64,000 nt of DNA from an uncultured archaeon (GTDB taxonomy: Archaea; Hadarchaeota; Hadarchaeia; Hadarchaeales; WYZ-LMO6), in assembly GCA_938074535.1 (NCBI GenBank), contig CALJER010000016.1:7816-71815 (forward strand), in the 5' to 3' direction. Positions 37,346 to 47,041 of this stretch are shown one piece after another. A model generated the notes under the pieces. That model was given only the letters and a program-made list of their open reading frames with translations. It was not told the origin of the DNA and made no database searches. A program made the position numbers and the translations under genes. Numbering within the stretch: the stretch's first letter is position 1; each line of letters begins with the position of its first letter.

Positions 37346-38332
37346 CTATTTCTCTATTCCGGCCCACTTCCTGAGTTCCTTTCCCACTTTCTCTATCAGA
37401 TGTTCCTTGCCCTTTTCCCTCATCTCCGTGAGACGCGGAAGCCCCCTTCTGCTTTCCTCTATCCATTCCTTGGCGAACGACCCATTCTGGATGTCCCGGA
37501 GGAGCTCCTTCATCACTCTTCTGGCTTCCTCCCCGATCAGCTTTGGTCCCCTCGTCCTCCCTCCGTACTCCGCCGTGTTGCTTACGGCTGCCATCATTCC
37601 TTCTATTCCCCTTTCGTAGATGAGATCCACAATGAGTTTCAGCTCGTGCAGGCACTCGAAGTAGGCGTTCTCAGGCTGGTATCCCGCCTCCACCAGGGTC
37701 TCGAAACCGGCCTTGATGAGCTCGGATACTCCGCCCACCAGCACCGCCTGCTCCCCGAAGAGGTCTGTTTCGGTCTCCTCCTTGAAGGTGGTCTGGAGCA
37801 CCCCTATCCTGGTGAGACCTATCCCCTTGGCCATGGCCAGCGCCGTCTTCAGGGCTTTCCCCGTAGCATCCTGGAACACCGCCACCAGACCGGGGGTACC
37901 CGACCCCTGCAGGTACATCTTCCTGAGCATGGCTCCGGGGGCTTTGGGTGCCACCATGATGACATCCACCGTGGGGGGAGGCACGATCTGTCTGAAGTGA
38001 ATGTTGAACCCATGGCTGAAGCCCAGAGTTTTGCCCTCCCTGAGGTGCGGAGAGATGGCTTCTTTGTAGAGGATCCCCTGTTGTTCGTCCGGAACGAGGA
38101 AGTGGAGGATATCGGCCCTTCTGGAGGCCTCCCCGATCTCGTAAACCTCGAAACCGTCCCTCTCCGCCCTCTGCCAGCTGGAGCCCCTCCTGGCCCCCAC
38201 GATGACCCTGCATCCAGAATCCCTGAGGTTCTGGGCCTGGGCATGTCCTTGGTTCCCGTAGCCTATCACGGCTATGGTCCTGTTCTCTATCCAGCCCAGG
38301 TCCGCGTCCTGGTCCAGGTAAACCTTGGGCAT
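37346..38332 (-). CDS. ilvC: Ketol-acid reductoisomerase
   Basis: ORF track 328 aa. [19 protein letters not shown] and LFGEQAVL. Confidence 0.93.
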   Translation of the reverse strand: MPKVYLDQDADLGWIENRTIAVIGYGNQGHAQAQNLRDSGCRVIVGARRGSSWQRAERDGFEVYEIGEASRRADILHFLVPDEQQGILYKEAISPHLREGKTLGFSHGFNIHFRQIVPPPTVDVIMVAPKAPGAMLRKMYLQGSGTPGLVAVFQDATGKALKTALAMAKGIGLTRIGVLQTTFKEETETDLFGEQAVLVGGVSELIKAGFETLVEAGYQPENAYFECLHELKLIVDLIYERGIEGMMAAVSNTAEYGGRTRGPKLIGEEARRVMKELLRDIQNGSFAKEWIEESRRGLPRLTEMREKGKEHLIEKVGKELRKWAGIEK

Positions 38333-38381
38333 GGTGCTCGTCGAGCTTCTAGGAGAGGAAGACTTATAAAGCTCGCTGGAA

Positions 38382-38882
38382 TCAGGAGGAACCCCTGTTG
38401 TTTCTCGAGAGGTAGACCTGTCCGGAGCGGGCTACCTCCTTCAGCATCCCCTGACCCAGCGAGGAGAGAAGGCGCTCCACCTCCTCATGGTTCCCGCCTA
38501 TTTCCCCTATGAGGCTTCCCTCCCTTATCTCCAGCACCTTCCCTCCAGCGGACTGGACGAGCCTTATGGTCTCAGACATCTCCTCCTCCTCGAGCTTCCT
38601 AGTTTTGAAAAGGCAGATCTCCCTGGCTATGCTGTTCTCAGGCTCCAGCACCTGCACCTCCAGGATGGGCTCCAGCCTGAGGAGAATTTTCCTCATGAAG
38701 GCGGTCATTTTGTCGTCCGCCTGGAAGAGGATGATGATGCGGGCCAGGCCTGAGGGCTCTATGCCCACGGTGATGGAATCCATGTTGATCTGCCTGCGGG
38801 TGAAGCACCTGGACACCCTCATCATCACACCCGCCACGTTTTCGCAGAGCACGGAGAAGATTCTGGTTCTCATCTCAGTCAC
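38382..38882 (-). CDS. ilvN: Acetolactate synthase small (regulatory) subunit
   Basis: ORF track 166 aa. ACT domain ([16 protein letters not shown]). Overlaps the ilvB 3' end by 8 nt. Confidence 0.88.
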   Translation of the reverse strand: MTEMRTRIFSVLCENVAGVMMRVSRCFTRRQINMDSITVGIEPSGLARIIILFQADDKMTAFMRKILLRLEPILEVQVLEPENSIAREICLFKTRKLEEEEMSETIRLVQSAGGKVLEIREGSLIGEIGGNHEEVERLLSSLGQGMLKEVARSGQVYLSRNNRGSS

Positions 38883-40560
38883 CCACGATCATCTGGTCCA
38901 GTTTTCCCCCCGCGGGAACCATCGGAAGCACGTGTTCCTCTGGGTCTATCACCACATCCAGAACGGCCGGCTTCCCACATTTCAGGGCCTCCCTCAGTTT
39001 GGGGGCCATCTCCCCTGGCCTGGTTACCCTATCCCCCCAGGCACCGTAAGCTTCAGCCAGCTTCACGAAGTCAGGGCTCTTTCCCAGGTAGGTCTGGGAT
39101 CTCCTGCCCCCGTAGAAGAGGTCCTGCCACTGCTTCACCATTCCCAAGTAGGAATTGTCGAAGATGCAGCATACCACGTTGATTTCATTCTCCACCGCCG
39201 TCGCCAGCTCCTGCGAGTTCATGAGGAAGCTGCCGTCTCCCGCCACGTCCACCACCTTTGTGTGCGGAAGGGCAACTTTCGCCCCAAGCGAAGCGGGGAA
39301 GCCGAATCCCATGGTGCCCAGTCCCCCGGAGGAGATGAACTTCCTGGGTCCCCTGACGGTATAGTAGTGGGCGGCCCACATCTGGCACTGCCCCACCTCC
39401 GTCACCACCACGGAATCCTCATCCAGCACCTCCATGATCTCCTTTATCACCCTCTGCGGCTTCAGGGGGACATCGTCGTAGTCCATTTTGGGAGCGAACT
39501 CCCGGCGCATCTGCAGGATCCTCTCCCTCCACTCCGACCTCACCCCCCTCTTGGCCCTGGCCCTGAGGGCCTTCAGAATCTCCCTGAGGGTGCGCTTGGC
39601 GTCCCCCACTATCGGGACATCCGCCCTCACCAGCTTTCCTATTTCCACTGAATCCACATCGATGTGGATGATCTTGGCCTTGGGGGCGAAGTGCCTGGCG
39701 TCGCCCGTGGACCTGTCGCTGAACCTCACACCTACCCCTATCAGCAGGTCGCATTCGGTCACGGCGAGGTTGGCGGCCCTCCTCCCGTGCATGCCAAGCA
39801 TCCCCAGGGAAAGGGGATGGTCCTCCGGTATGCTCCCCTTGCCCATGAGGGAGGTCACCACAGGAGCACCCAGGAGCTCGGCCAGCTCCACCAGCTCGGG
39901 GGAGGCCCCGGACCAGATTACCCCTCCTCCCGCGAACAGGACCGGGCGCTCCGCTTCCTCTATGAGCTTCACGGCTTCCTCCACCCGGTGCGGATCTGGT
40001 TCGTACCTTTCCTTCCTCCTTCTCAGGACTTCCGCCGGGATTTTTACCTCGGCCTTGGAGGTCTGAACATCCCTGGGGAGGTCGATGTGCACGGGCCCCG
40101 GTCTGCCCGCCATGGCGATCTGGAAGGCCTTTCTCACGGCCTCCACCAGCTCCTGCACGCTCTTGACCAGGAAGTTGTGCTTGGTGATGGGGAGCATGAG
40201 GCTGAGGAGGTCGGCTTCCTGGAAGGCGTCGGTCCCCAGGAAGGAGGTGGGGACCTGACCCGTGATGGCCACCACGGGTGAGCTGTCCATATAGGCGTTG
40301 AGGATGCCGGTCACCAGATTACAGGCCCCCGGACCGGAGGTGGCCATGCACACTCCAGGCTTCCCCAGGGCCCTGGCATAACCGTCGGCGGCGTGGGCGG
40401 CTGCCTGTTCGTGCCTCACCAGAATGTGCCTGACGGAGGGCTCCTCGTAGAGCACATCGTAGACGGGGATGATGGCCCCCCCTGGGATTCCGAAGATGTG
40501 CCTCACCCCTTCGCTCTTGAGGGCGGAGACGAGGGCGGCCGCACCCGTGATTTCCTTCAT
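38875..40560 (-). CDS. ilvB: Acetolactate synthase large subunit (ThDP-dependent)
   Basis: ORF track 561 aa. GIPGGAI, GPGACN, GLGTMGFGFPA, GDGSFLMN. Confidence 0.93.
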   Translation of the reverse strand: MKEITGAAALVSALKSEGVRHIFGIPGGAIIPVYDVLYEEPSVRHILVRHEQAAAHAADGYARALGKPGVCMATSGPGACNLVTGILNAYMDSSPVVAITGQVPTSFLGTDAFQEADLLSLMLPITKHNFLVKSVQELVEAVRKAFQIAMAGRPGPVHIDLPRDVQTSKAEVKIPAEVLRRRKERYEPDPHRVEEAVKLIEEAERPVLFAGGGVIWSGASPELVELAELLGAPVVTSLMGKGSIPEDHPLSLGMLGMHGRRAANLAVTECDLLIGVGVRFSDRSTGDARHFAPKAKIIHIDVDSVEIGKLVRADVPIVGDAKRTLREILKALRARAKRGVRSEWRERILQMRREFAPKMDYDDVPLKPQRVIKEIMEVLDEDSVVVTEVGQCQMWAAHYYTVRGPRKFISSGGLGTMGFGFPASLGAKVALPHTKVVDVAGDGSFLMNSQELATAVENEINVVCCIFDNSYLGMVKQWQDLFYGGRRSQTYLGKSPDFVKLAEAYGAWGDRVTRPGEMAPKLREALKCGKPAVLDVVIDPEEHVLPMVPAGGKLDQMIVGD

Positions 40561-40596
40561 GCTTTATTCCCCCGGATGTACGGGTTATTAACCCTT

Positions 40597-40887
40597 TCAC
40601 ATCCTGACGAATTGGGCGTGAGCTATCCCCTGGACCCTGAGCACGCATCCTGGATCGATCAGGCCCTCCCTCACCGCGTCCTCCACGATGGAGCCCACCA
40701 GGTTACCTATGGTGGCCTCCCTCATGGCCTTCAAGCACTCCGACACGGTGGCCTCTTTCCCGCGGTAGAACTCTTCGCTCACCTTCAACCTTATCTCCCC
40801 CTCCTTAAACTCCTTTCCCAGCAGCTCTGCGTCGCACACCGTGACCAGCACCTCCTCACCCACCTTCCTCACCCGGAGCTCCGGCAT
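40597..40887 (-). CDS. DUF424 (COG2412) protein
   Basis: Internal ATG of track ORF 40597..40929; TGATG overlap with the aIF2-beta stop. Product is MPELRVRKVGEEVLVTVCDAELLGKEF... Confidence 0.6.
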   Translation of the reverse strand: MPELRVRKVGEEVLVTVCDAELLGKEFKEGEIRLKVSEEFYRGKEATVSECLKAMREATIGNLVGSIVEDAVREGLIDPGCVLRVQGIAHAQFVRM

Positions 40888-41294
40888 CAGATGTTCCTCA
40901 CGGAGGTCCTGGCACCGCAGGCCTCGCACCTCATGATGTAGATCCTTCCCTGCTTCACGAGCCTGGTGTCAGGCCTGTTGCAGCTCCTGCATTTCACGAA
41001 CTCCTCCACGTACCTCTCTATCCTCCCCTTCACCACAGAGGAAGTGAACTTTCCCTGAAAGAGGGCCTGAGACCCGTCCGAGCTGCCCGCCGCCCCCAGC
41101 TCCCTGAGGAGATACTTCATGAGGTGCTCGGGCTCCCTATTGAGAACGGAAGCTATGGCCTTGAGGTTCTTGAGCACGGTTCTAGTCCCTGCGGTGACCA
41201 CCTCCGGCTCCGGTATCTTGAGCCTCTCCCTGTCTGACTCCACCCTGGGAAGGTTCTGCAGGGCTTTCTCCAGCCACTCTTGGTACTTATCCAC
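40887..41294 (-). CDS. eif2b: Translation initiation factor aIF2 beta subunit
   Basis: ORF track 135 aa. C-terminal zinc ribbon CRSCNRPDT...CEACG. Confidence 0.9.
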   Translation of the reverse strand: MDKYQEWLEKALQNLPRVESDRERLKIPEPEVVTAGTRTVLKNLKAIASVLNREPEHLMKYLLRELGAAGSSDGSQALFQGKFTSSVVKGRIERYVEEFVKCRSCNRPDTRLVKQGRIYIMRCEACGARTSVRNI

Positions 41295-41987
41295 TCATTT
41301 CACCCTCTGGTATTTTCCTGCCCTCACCTCAAATACCTCCCCCTCGTCCATCAAAACGAGCAGGAGGTCCTCCACCTCCTTCCTCCCCACTCCAAGCTCC
41401 TTCTCCAGCTCTTCCTCCCCCACCCCCTCCCCCCTGTCGAGCCTTTCGAGGGCCAGCAGGGCCTTCTTTTTCAGCTCCTCGGGCACCCCTAGGAGCTCCA
41501 GCTCTATTTCCTCCCTCTCCACCTCTTCCACCGGGCCCTCCTGAGGTTCCGCCCCCGGCTTCAGGGCAGGCTTTGGTCTGATGCCTCTGGCCAGGGCTTT
41601 TCTCCTGTTCAGCAGGATTTCCAGCTCCCTCACCACCTCCCAGTTGGGATCCTTGACCTTCAGCAGGAGGTAGGGCCTGAGGTACCTTTCGCCCAGGTAT
41701 TCCCTGATGCCCCCTATCACATCCACCAAGTCCCCCACCTTCAGCTCATCGAGTTCCCTCACGGTTTCCCCCCAGCCCCTCAGCGAGATCACTCCCGTGC
41801 CATCGTCCAAGTGAACGGTACAGTACCCACCGTCTTCCCTCACCCATTTATTCACCACCGTTCCCATCACCCTTGCCCTGGAGACCTTCTCCCCCCACGG
41901 AGTGATCAGGTACGGGGCCTCCTCCTCTGAGGAAAGGTACTCACCCTCAAGCAGTTCCTTCACCTTCACCTTCCGAGCCGCGACCAT
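41295..41987 (-). CDS. OB-fold protein with a C-terminal winged helix (RPA32/Rpa2-like single-stranded DNA-binding subunit)
   Basis: Track ORF 41295..42023 (GTG); I prefer ATG at 41987. ARVMGTVVNKW...CTVHLDDGTGVISLRGW is the OB core. An acidic linker leads to a wHTH-like tail. Confidence 0.6.
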   Translation of the reverse strand: MVAARKVKVKELLEGEYLSSEEEAPYLITPWGEKVSRARVMGTVVNKWVREDGGYCTVHLDDGTGVISLRGWGETVRELDELKVGDLVDVIGGIREYLGERYLRPYLLLKVKDPNWEVVRELEILLNRRKALARGIRPKPALKPGAEPQEGPVEEVEREEIELELLGVPEELKKKALLALERLDRGEGVGEEELEKELGVGRKEVEDLLLVLMDEGEVFEVRAGKYQRVK

Positions 41988-42247
41988 TCTTGAACTACCC
42001 CCAGCTTCCGGAGGGAGCTTCACTGCTTCGGGCTTTCGACGAATACAGGCCGAACCTGCAGCCGAGCATGCCCTTGCCCCTCCCGCCTTCGCCTTTCATG
42101 GTTATATATCCGCCTCATCACCCCTCGCTGAAGGGGTCGGTAGGATTAAACTGGTGGGCGTGACTATTACTATTTTGAGGTTTGATGGAGTTCACCACCC
42201 TTCAGCTACCGGAGCCCCGCAGGTGGTTGGGTCTGGCGGGGGGGAGG

Positions 42248-42793
42248 ATGGGTCCACTCCCGGTGGATGAGGTGCTGAAGAAGGTAAGGAAGGTGGATTC
42301 GGAAGTGGGAACGGTTTCCCAGCTCTTCGACGCCGCCAAGGTGGCGGGTTTCGCCCACCTCGCCCACGCGGGTAGGCTGGCCCTCCTCGCCCATTTGAGA
42401 GGTTCCGGTTTCACCGACACCCTGTCTATGGAGCTGGCGTGCTGGACAGCGGGGGAGAGACAGATAGGGAGGGCCCTGGAGAAGGTGGGCCTGAGGGAAG
42501 GCACGCGCACGGTGGCCCTAGTCTCGGTGGGGGAGAAAAGGGAGGCGGTGGAAGAAGCCCTGGAGAGGATCCTGCAGGAAACAGGCATAAAGAGGGAAGA
42601 CGGCGTGGTGGAGCTCTTCCCTTTCAAGGTGAGGGTCCTCTCGGAGGTCTTCTCGCTTCCAGGCGGGATGGTCAGGAAACTGGGGGCCCAGAAGCTGGTG
42701 CTGGAGAGGGTGGCACTTCTTGCTCTGGAGCAAAGGCCTTCTCGGCCTTGCACATCTCCCCGAACCTCTTCAGGGCCCGGTAGGTCCCCCTAA
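42248..42793 (+). CDS. cgi121: KEOPS complex subunit Cgi121
   Basis: Internal ATG of track ORF 42182..42793, preceded by GGGGGGAGG. SQLFDAAKVAGFAHLAHAGRLAL and ELACWTAGERQIGRALEKVG match the Cgi121 pattern. The last 26 aa or so are Pro/Ser/Arg-rich and overlap the convergent gene. Confidence 0.7.
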   Translation: MGPLPVDEVLKKVRKVDSEVGTVSQLFDAAKVAGFAHLAHAGRLALLAHLRGSGFTDTLSMELACWTAGERQIGRALEKVGLREGTRTVALVSVGEKREAVEEALERILQETGIKREDGVVELFPFKVRVLSEVFSLPGGMVRKLGAQKLVLERVALLALEQRPSRPCTSPRTSSGPGRSP

Positions 42794-43916
42794 CCACCAG
42801 CCAGTCCCCCGCCTTCAGTTTCTTTTTTACCCCAGGTTCCAGCAAGTACTTCTTTCCCCTCTCTATCACCATCACGTCCACCCCCACGCTCGTCTCCAGG
42901 TTCAGCTGACCCAGGCTCCTCCCCTCCAGTCTGGAGCCTCCTTCCACCCTGAACCTGGCCACCTGCTCGTCGGCCCTCGAGAGGGCTTCCGCGAACACGG
43001 GATGCATCTCCTCCCCCCTCAGCACCACATCGGCAATGGTGTCCGCCGCGTCAGAGATTTTCTCCAAGCACTTCACCACCTGCAGGAGACTGTTCAGCTT
43101 CTTGAGGTCCTGTTCCTCTCTGCCTGTTCTCAGGGTCTCCAGCCACATCCGATAGTTCAGCTTGTCGAATCTTTCCTCCAGCTTCCTGACTTCCTCCGCC
43201 AGCTCTTTGGAGTTGAGGAGAACAGAGGAGTAGGCTAGGTCCACCATCATGCTGCTGAGGTCGTACATCTGGGCCAGCTCCCGCTCCAGCTTGGAGGGCC
43301 TCTCCTTTCCCTCCGTCTGGCTTTTCTTGAAGCCGCTTAGCCTCTGTAGCACGGAGATTCCCCCCTCCGGACCCCTCACCACCAGGAGGTCCCCCTCCCT
43401 GAGTTCAGTATCGGGGGAGGGGGGAACGTGCCACTCCCTTTCCCTCCTCACCGCCAGGATTCTTACTCCTATCCTGGAGGGAAGCTCCAGCTCCTCCAGC
43501 TTTTTGTGGAGAAGAGCCGATCCCTCCCCCACCGTTACTTTGGAAATCCTCTCCTCACACCTCAGGATGGCCTTCTTCACCACCGGATGGGTCTCCATCC
43601 CCCTCAGGACCAAGTCCACCATGTCCCCCGTGGAGTTGGAGAGGGCCTCCGCCGCGCTGGCTATCTGCAGCACTCCCGCGATTTTCCTCGCCTCCTCCGC
43701 GTTGCGCGCGGCGAGCACCGCTACGGCGCGTATCTTATACATGAGTTTGTCCATCTTCAGCTCCAGCTCCCTCACCCTCTCCGCCAGCTCTCGGTCTTCG
43801 AACAGGAGGGAGGCGCGGGCCAGGTCCATCATCCAGTCCGAAGTGTTCTTCATCTCGGTAAGCAGGCCGCGCACGCTACGTGGCTCTTCCTCTTTTTTTG
43901 CCATGCTCTTGTTCAT
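42672..43916 (-). CDS. PhoU-like plus TrkA-C (RCK_C) protein, internally duplicated (COG3273-like)
   Basis: ORF track 414 aa. Two collinear halves (DWMMDLARASLLFEDRELAERV... and MMVDLAYSSVLLNSKELAEEV...), each ending in a TrkA-C-like domain (GDLLVVRG / GDWLVVRG). Confidence 0.7.
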   Translation of the reverse strand: MNKSMAKKEEEPRSVRGLLTEMKNTSDWMMDLARASLLFEDRELAERVRELELKMDKLMYKIRAVAVLAARNAEEARKIAGVLQIASAAEALSNSTGDMVDLVLRGMETHPVVKKAILRCEERISKVTVGEGSALLHKKLEELELPSRIGVRILAVRREREWHVPPSPDTELREGDLLVVRGPEGGISVLQRLSGFKKSQTEGKERPSKLERELAQMYDLSSMMVDLAYSSVLLNSKELAEEVRKLEERFDKLNYRMWLETLRTGREEQDLKKLNSLLQVVKCLEKISDAADTIADVVLRGEEMHPVFAEALSRADEQVARFRVEGGSRLEGRSLGQLNLETSVGVDVMVIERGKKYLLEPGVKKKLKAGDWLVVRGTYRALKRFGEMCKAEKAFAPEQEVPPSPAPASGPPVS

Positions 43917-43957
43917 TTTGAAATCACCAGCCGAAAAAATAAGCGTTTCGAAGGGCC

Positions 43958-45070
43958 TCAGGGCTCCAGGTTGAGCCCCAGCTCCTCTGCCTCCTCCACA
44001 GCCCTCTTGAACTCCTGTGGGCTGAGGAAGCGGTTTATCTCAGGATACTTCCCCGCCATGTAGCAGGGACGATACTGGGCCATCACGTTCACCCTCACCT
44101 CCCTCCCCAGGTTCTCCGCTATCCACCGGAGGACGGGGAAAGTACAACACTCGAGGTGCCCGGGCATCACGAGGTGGCGGATGAGGAGTTCGGCGTCTGA
44201 GCGGGCGGTGAGGTGGTTCCTCGTCACGGTCTCCCAGTACCTGGATATGCCTGAGTACTTGCGGGCGCAGGAATCGTTCCCCCACTTGAAGTCCGCCAGA
44301 TAGATATCCTGTGTACCCTTCAGGAGCTCCGCGCTCTGGGAGCTGTAGTACATGTTGGAGTTCCAGACCGAGCTCAAACGCCCCCCGTACTCCCTCAGGG
44401 TCTCCAGGATGAAGAGGAGATGGGGATCGGGATTACCCCCCACGAAGTTCACGTTCCTAGCTCCGTGCCTCTCGGCATCCGAGATGAGGGAGGAAAGCTC
44501 CCTAGGGGAGAGCTCCTCCCCCTCCTCCGGGTACTGGGAGATGTCCCAGTTCTGGCAGAAGCAGCACCGGAAGGTGCAGCCGGAGAAGAAGACGGTGTAG
44601 GAAGGGACCAGCACGCTCTCCTCTCCGTAGTGCATGAATTCGGAGGCCAGTCTAGTCCTGCCCACTCCGCAGAACCCTCTTTCCCCCTCGAGCCTGTTGA
44701 CACCGCACCGGTGCTCGCAGAGCCGGCAGGAGGAAAGGAGGCGCCTTGCCAGTTCCACCTTGAGGTCTAGGAGGGAGGATGCGGGCTTCTCCATCTCCTC
44801 CAGTTTCAACTTTCCCCCGTCCACAAGGCTCAGGAGTTTCCTGAAGTCCTCCAGGCAGAGGCCGTGGAGCCTCCAGAGTTCTTCCGTTTTCCAGGAGGGA
44901 TCGAAGGGGGCGGGCACCCTCTTGCACACCTGGAACCTCGGGGGGAGTTCCCCCCTCAGCACCCTGAAGTACCTGGGGAAGGATCTCCTGGCCTTCTCGT
45001 CACCCAGCACGGAAAAAGCATCCGGCCTGAGGATTCTCCACATCCCCCATTCACCGGTGGGGACATACAT
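43958..45070 (-). CDS. Radical SAM protein, PflX-type (pyruvate formate-lyase activase-related)
   Basis: ORF track 370 aa. CRLCEHRCGVNR...GFCG auxiliary Cys motif and the GCTFRCCFCQNW radical SAM motif. Confidence 0.8.
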   Translation of the reverse strand: MYVPTGEWGMWRILRPDAFSVLGDEKARRSFPRYFRVLRGELPPRFQVCKRVPAPFDPSWKTEELWRLHGLCLEDFRKLLSLVDGGKLKLEEMEKPASSLLDLKVELARRLLSSCRLCEHRCGVNRLEGERGFCGVGRTRLASEFMHYGEESVLVPSYTVFFSGCTFRCCFCQNWDISQYPEEGEELSPRELSSLISDAERHGARNVNFVGGNPDPHLLFILETLREYGGRLSSVWNSNMYYSSQSAELLKGTQDIYLADFKWGNDSCARKYSGISRYWETVTRNHLTARSDAELLIRHLVMPGHLECCTFPVLRWIAENLGREVRVNVMAQYRPCYMAGKYPEINRFLSPQEFKRAVEEAEELGLNLEP

Positions 45071-45078
45071 TTATAAAA
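45070..45078 (+). promoter_or_regulatory. TATA box TTTATAAAA in the 7-nt gap between the pflX-like ATG and the first in-frame prs ATG
   Basis: Read directly. Centre lies about 30 nt upstream of the ATG at 45105, so prs is probably leaderless. Confidence 0.5.
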
Positions 45079-45104
45079 TGCTCTCAAGGAAAGACTTGAG
45101 CGAG

Positions 45105-45986
45105 ATGATCGTGGTTGGGGGTTCGGCCTCCAGGAAGCTCTCCTGGGAGATAGCGAGGGAGCTCAACTGCAGGCTCTCCCAACCCGAGGTCAAGTCCTTT
45201 CCTGACGGTGAGTTGTACGTAAGGATACCGGAGGACCTCTCAGGTGAGGAGGTGGTGGTCGTGCAGTCCACGCCTCCTCCCCAGAACCAGAACCTGATGG
45301 AGCTTTTCCTGCTGCTGGAGGCAGCCTCCGAGCAGGATGTCCGCAGTCTGAGGGCCGTGGTTCCCTATCTGGCGTACGCCCGCCAGGATAAGATCTTCAA
45401 GAAGGGTGAGGCCCTCAGCCTCAAGCTTGTCTGCAGGTTCATAGAGAAAGCCGGGGCGGAGGAGGTGGTAGTGGTGGACATCCACGAAAGGGAGTCCCTC
45501 TCGCACTTTTCCGTCCCCGTGAAAAATGTTACGGCCGCCCCCCTCCTGGGTAGGTACTTCAGGGGAATGGGCCTCAGGGACCCCCTCTTCCTGGGTCCCG
45601 ACGAAAAGGCCGTCCAGCAAGCCAGCAGGGCGGCCGAGGAGCTCGGAGCCTCCTTTGAATCCCTGAAGAAGGAAAGGCTCACCCCCGAGCTGGTGGTGAC
45701 CTCGGGCAAGGAGCTCAGGGTAAGGGACAGGGACGCGGTGATCATAGACGACATCATAAGCACGGGAGGCACGATAGCGGAGGCGGCCAAGATTTTGAAG
45801 AAGTGCGGGGCCAGAAGGATTTTCGCGGCCTGCACCCACCCTGTGCTCTCGGGAAACGCACTGCAGAAGATGAAGGACGCGGGCGTGGAGAGGGTGGTGG
45901 GAACCAACACCATAGAAAACTCCCACAGCTTGGTTTCGGTGGCTCCCGTCATCGTGGAAGGTCTCAGGCAGGCACGCCTTTCTTGA
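45105..45986 (+). CDS. prs: Ribose-phosphate pyrophosphokinase
   Basis: Part of track ORF 44634..45986. MIVVGGSASRKLSWEIA matches the usual Prs N-terminus. An upstream in-frame ATG at 45078 is possible. DIISTGGT PRPP motif. Confidence 0.88.
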   Translation: MIVVGGSASRKLSWEIARELNCRLSQPEVKSFPDGELYVRIPEDLSGEEVVVVQSTPPPQNQNLMELFLLLEAASEQDVRSLRAVVPYLAYARQDKIFKKGEALSLKLVCRFIEKAGAEEVVVVDIHERESLSHFSVPVKNVTAAPLLGRYFRGMGLRDPLFLGPDEKAVQQASRAAEELGASFESLKKERLTPELVVTSGKELRVRDRDAVIIDDIISTGGTIAEAAKILKKCGARRIFAACTHPVLSGNALQKMKDAGVERVVGTNTIENSHSLVSVAPVIVEGLRQARLS

Positions 45987-46017
45987 GTTTTATAGCCTCC
46001 CCGTAGCTGGATAGGAT

Positions 46018-47037
46018 GTGAGGCTGGTCTTCTTCCTCTCCGGAGAGCATCCGCAGCTCCCTAGGGCGGAGGTCCTGGGGGCCCTGGAGGCGGAGGGAGC
46101 CACGGCCAGGGTGCTGGAGGCCTTCGACCAGGTGCTGGTGGTGGAAACAGAGGCCGATCCCGTGCGGGTGGCCTCCAGGCTGGGGATGTCCCATGAGGTG
46201 TGGGCGCATCTCTGCACCTCCAAGGTGGAGGAGCTGCTGGAGGCGGTGGCGAGCAGCGATGCGCTGGACCTGATACCGCACGGGAAGACCTTTGCGGTGA
46301 GGGTGAGGCGGGTGAGGAGGTCCTCCCCGCAGGTGGGGAGGGAAAAGCTTTCGAGGGAGGTGGCGGACATGTTGAGGAGGGAGGTGGGATTCAGGGTGGA
46401 TCTGGAGAGGCCGGAGGTGGAGCTCTCCATAGCCCTAACCGAGGGAGTGGGGGTGGTGGGGATGAAACTTGCTTCCACCGCCAGGGGCCAGATGGGGAGC
46501 AGGAGGCCCAAGCACCGCATGGCCTTCCATCCCAGCACCCTCTCCCCCGCCTTGGCCAGATGCATGGTGAACCTCGCCAGAACTCCCAGGGGCGGCACCC
46601 TGCTGGACCCCTTCTGCGGGGTGGGGGGCATCCTCATAGAGGCCGGGCTGATGGGGATAAAGGTGGTGGGGGTGGACCTGGACCCGGAGATGGTGGAGAA
46701 GGCCAGGATGAACCTGGAGGGCTACGGAGTGAGGGATTTCAGGTTGAGGGTGGGCGATGCCTGTGAGTGGAGGGGTAGGAGGGTGGAGAGCGTGGTCACC
46801 GACCCCCCCTATGGAAGACAGGCCAGCACCTGGAAGAGGGGGTTGGAAGAGCTCTACCGGAGGGCCCTCCCCGTCCTGGCGGATGCCCTGAAGAAGGGGG
46901 GGCACATGTGTGTGACTTCTCCCTCCGAGCTGGACCTGGCCGAGATGGCGATGGAGGCTGGGCTGGAGGAGAGGGGAAGGTACGAGCAGAGGGTCCACCG
47001 GAGCCTCACCAGGAGGATTTACGTCTTCAGGAGGTGA
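46018..47037 (+). CDS. THUMP-domain tRNA (guanine-N2)-methyltransferase (Trm11/Trm-G10 type)
   Basis: ORF track 339 aa, GTG start. LSGEHPQLPRAE N-terminus, DPFCGVGGILIEA SAM motif, VVTDPPYG catalytic motif. Confidence 0.8.
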   Translation: MRLVFFLSGEHPQLPRAEVLGALEAEGATARVLEAFDQVLVVETEADPVRVASRLGMSHEVWAHLCTSKVEELLEAVASSDALDLIPHGKTFAVRVRRVRRSSPQVGREKLSREVADMLRREVGFRVDLERPEVELSIALTEGVGVVGMKLASTARGQMGSRRPKHRMAFHPSTLSPALARCMVNLARTPRGGTLLDPFCGVGGILIEAGLMGIKVVGVDLDPEMVEKARMNLEGYGVRDFRLRVGDACEWRGRRVESVVTDPPYGRQASTWKRGLEELYRRALPVLADALKKGGHMCVTSPSELDLAEMAMEAGLEERGRYEQRVHRSLTRRIYVFRR

Positions 47038-47041
47038 AAGC

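Noticed and set aside
37400-39651. + strand ORFs 37400..38512 and 38509..39651
   Set aside because: Antisense to ilvC, ilvN and ilvB, which are unambiguous.
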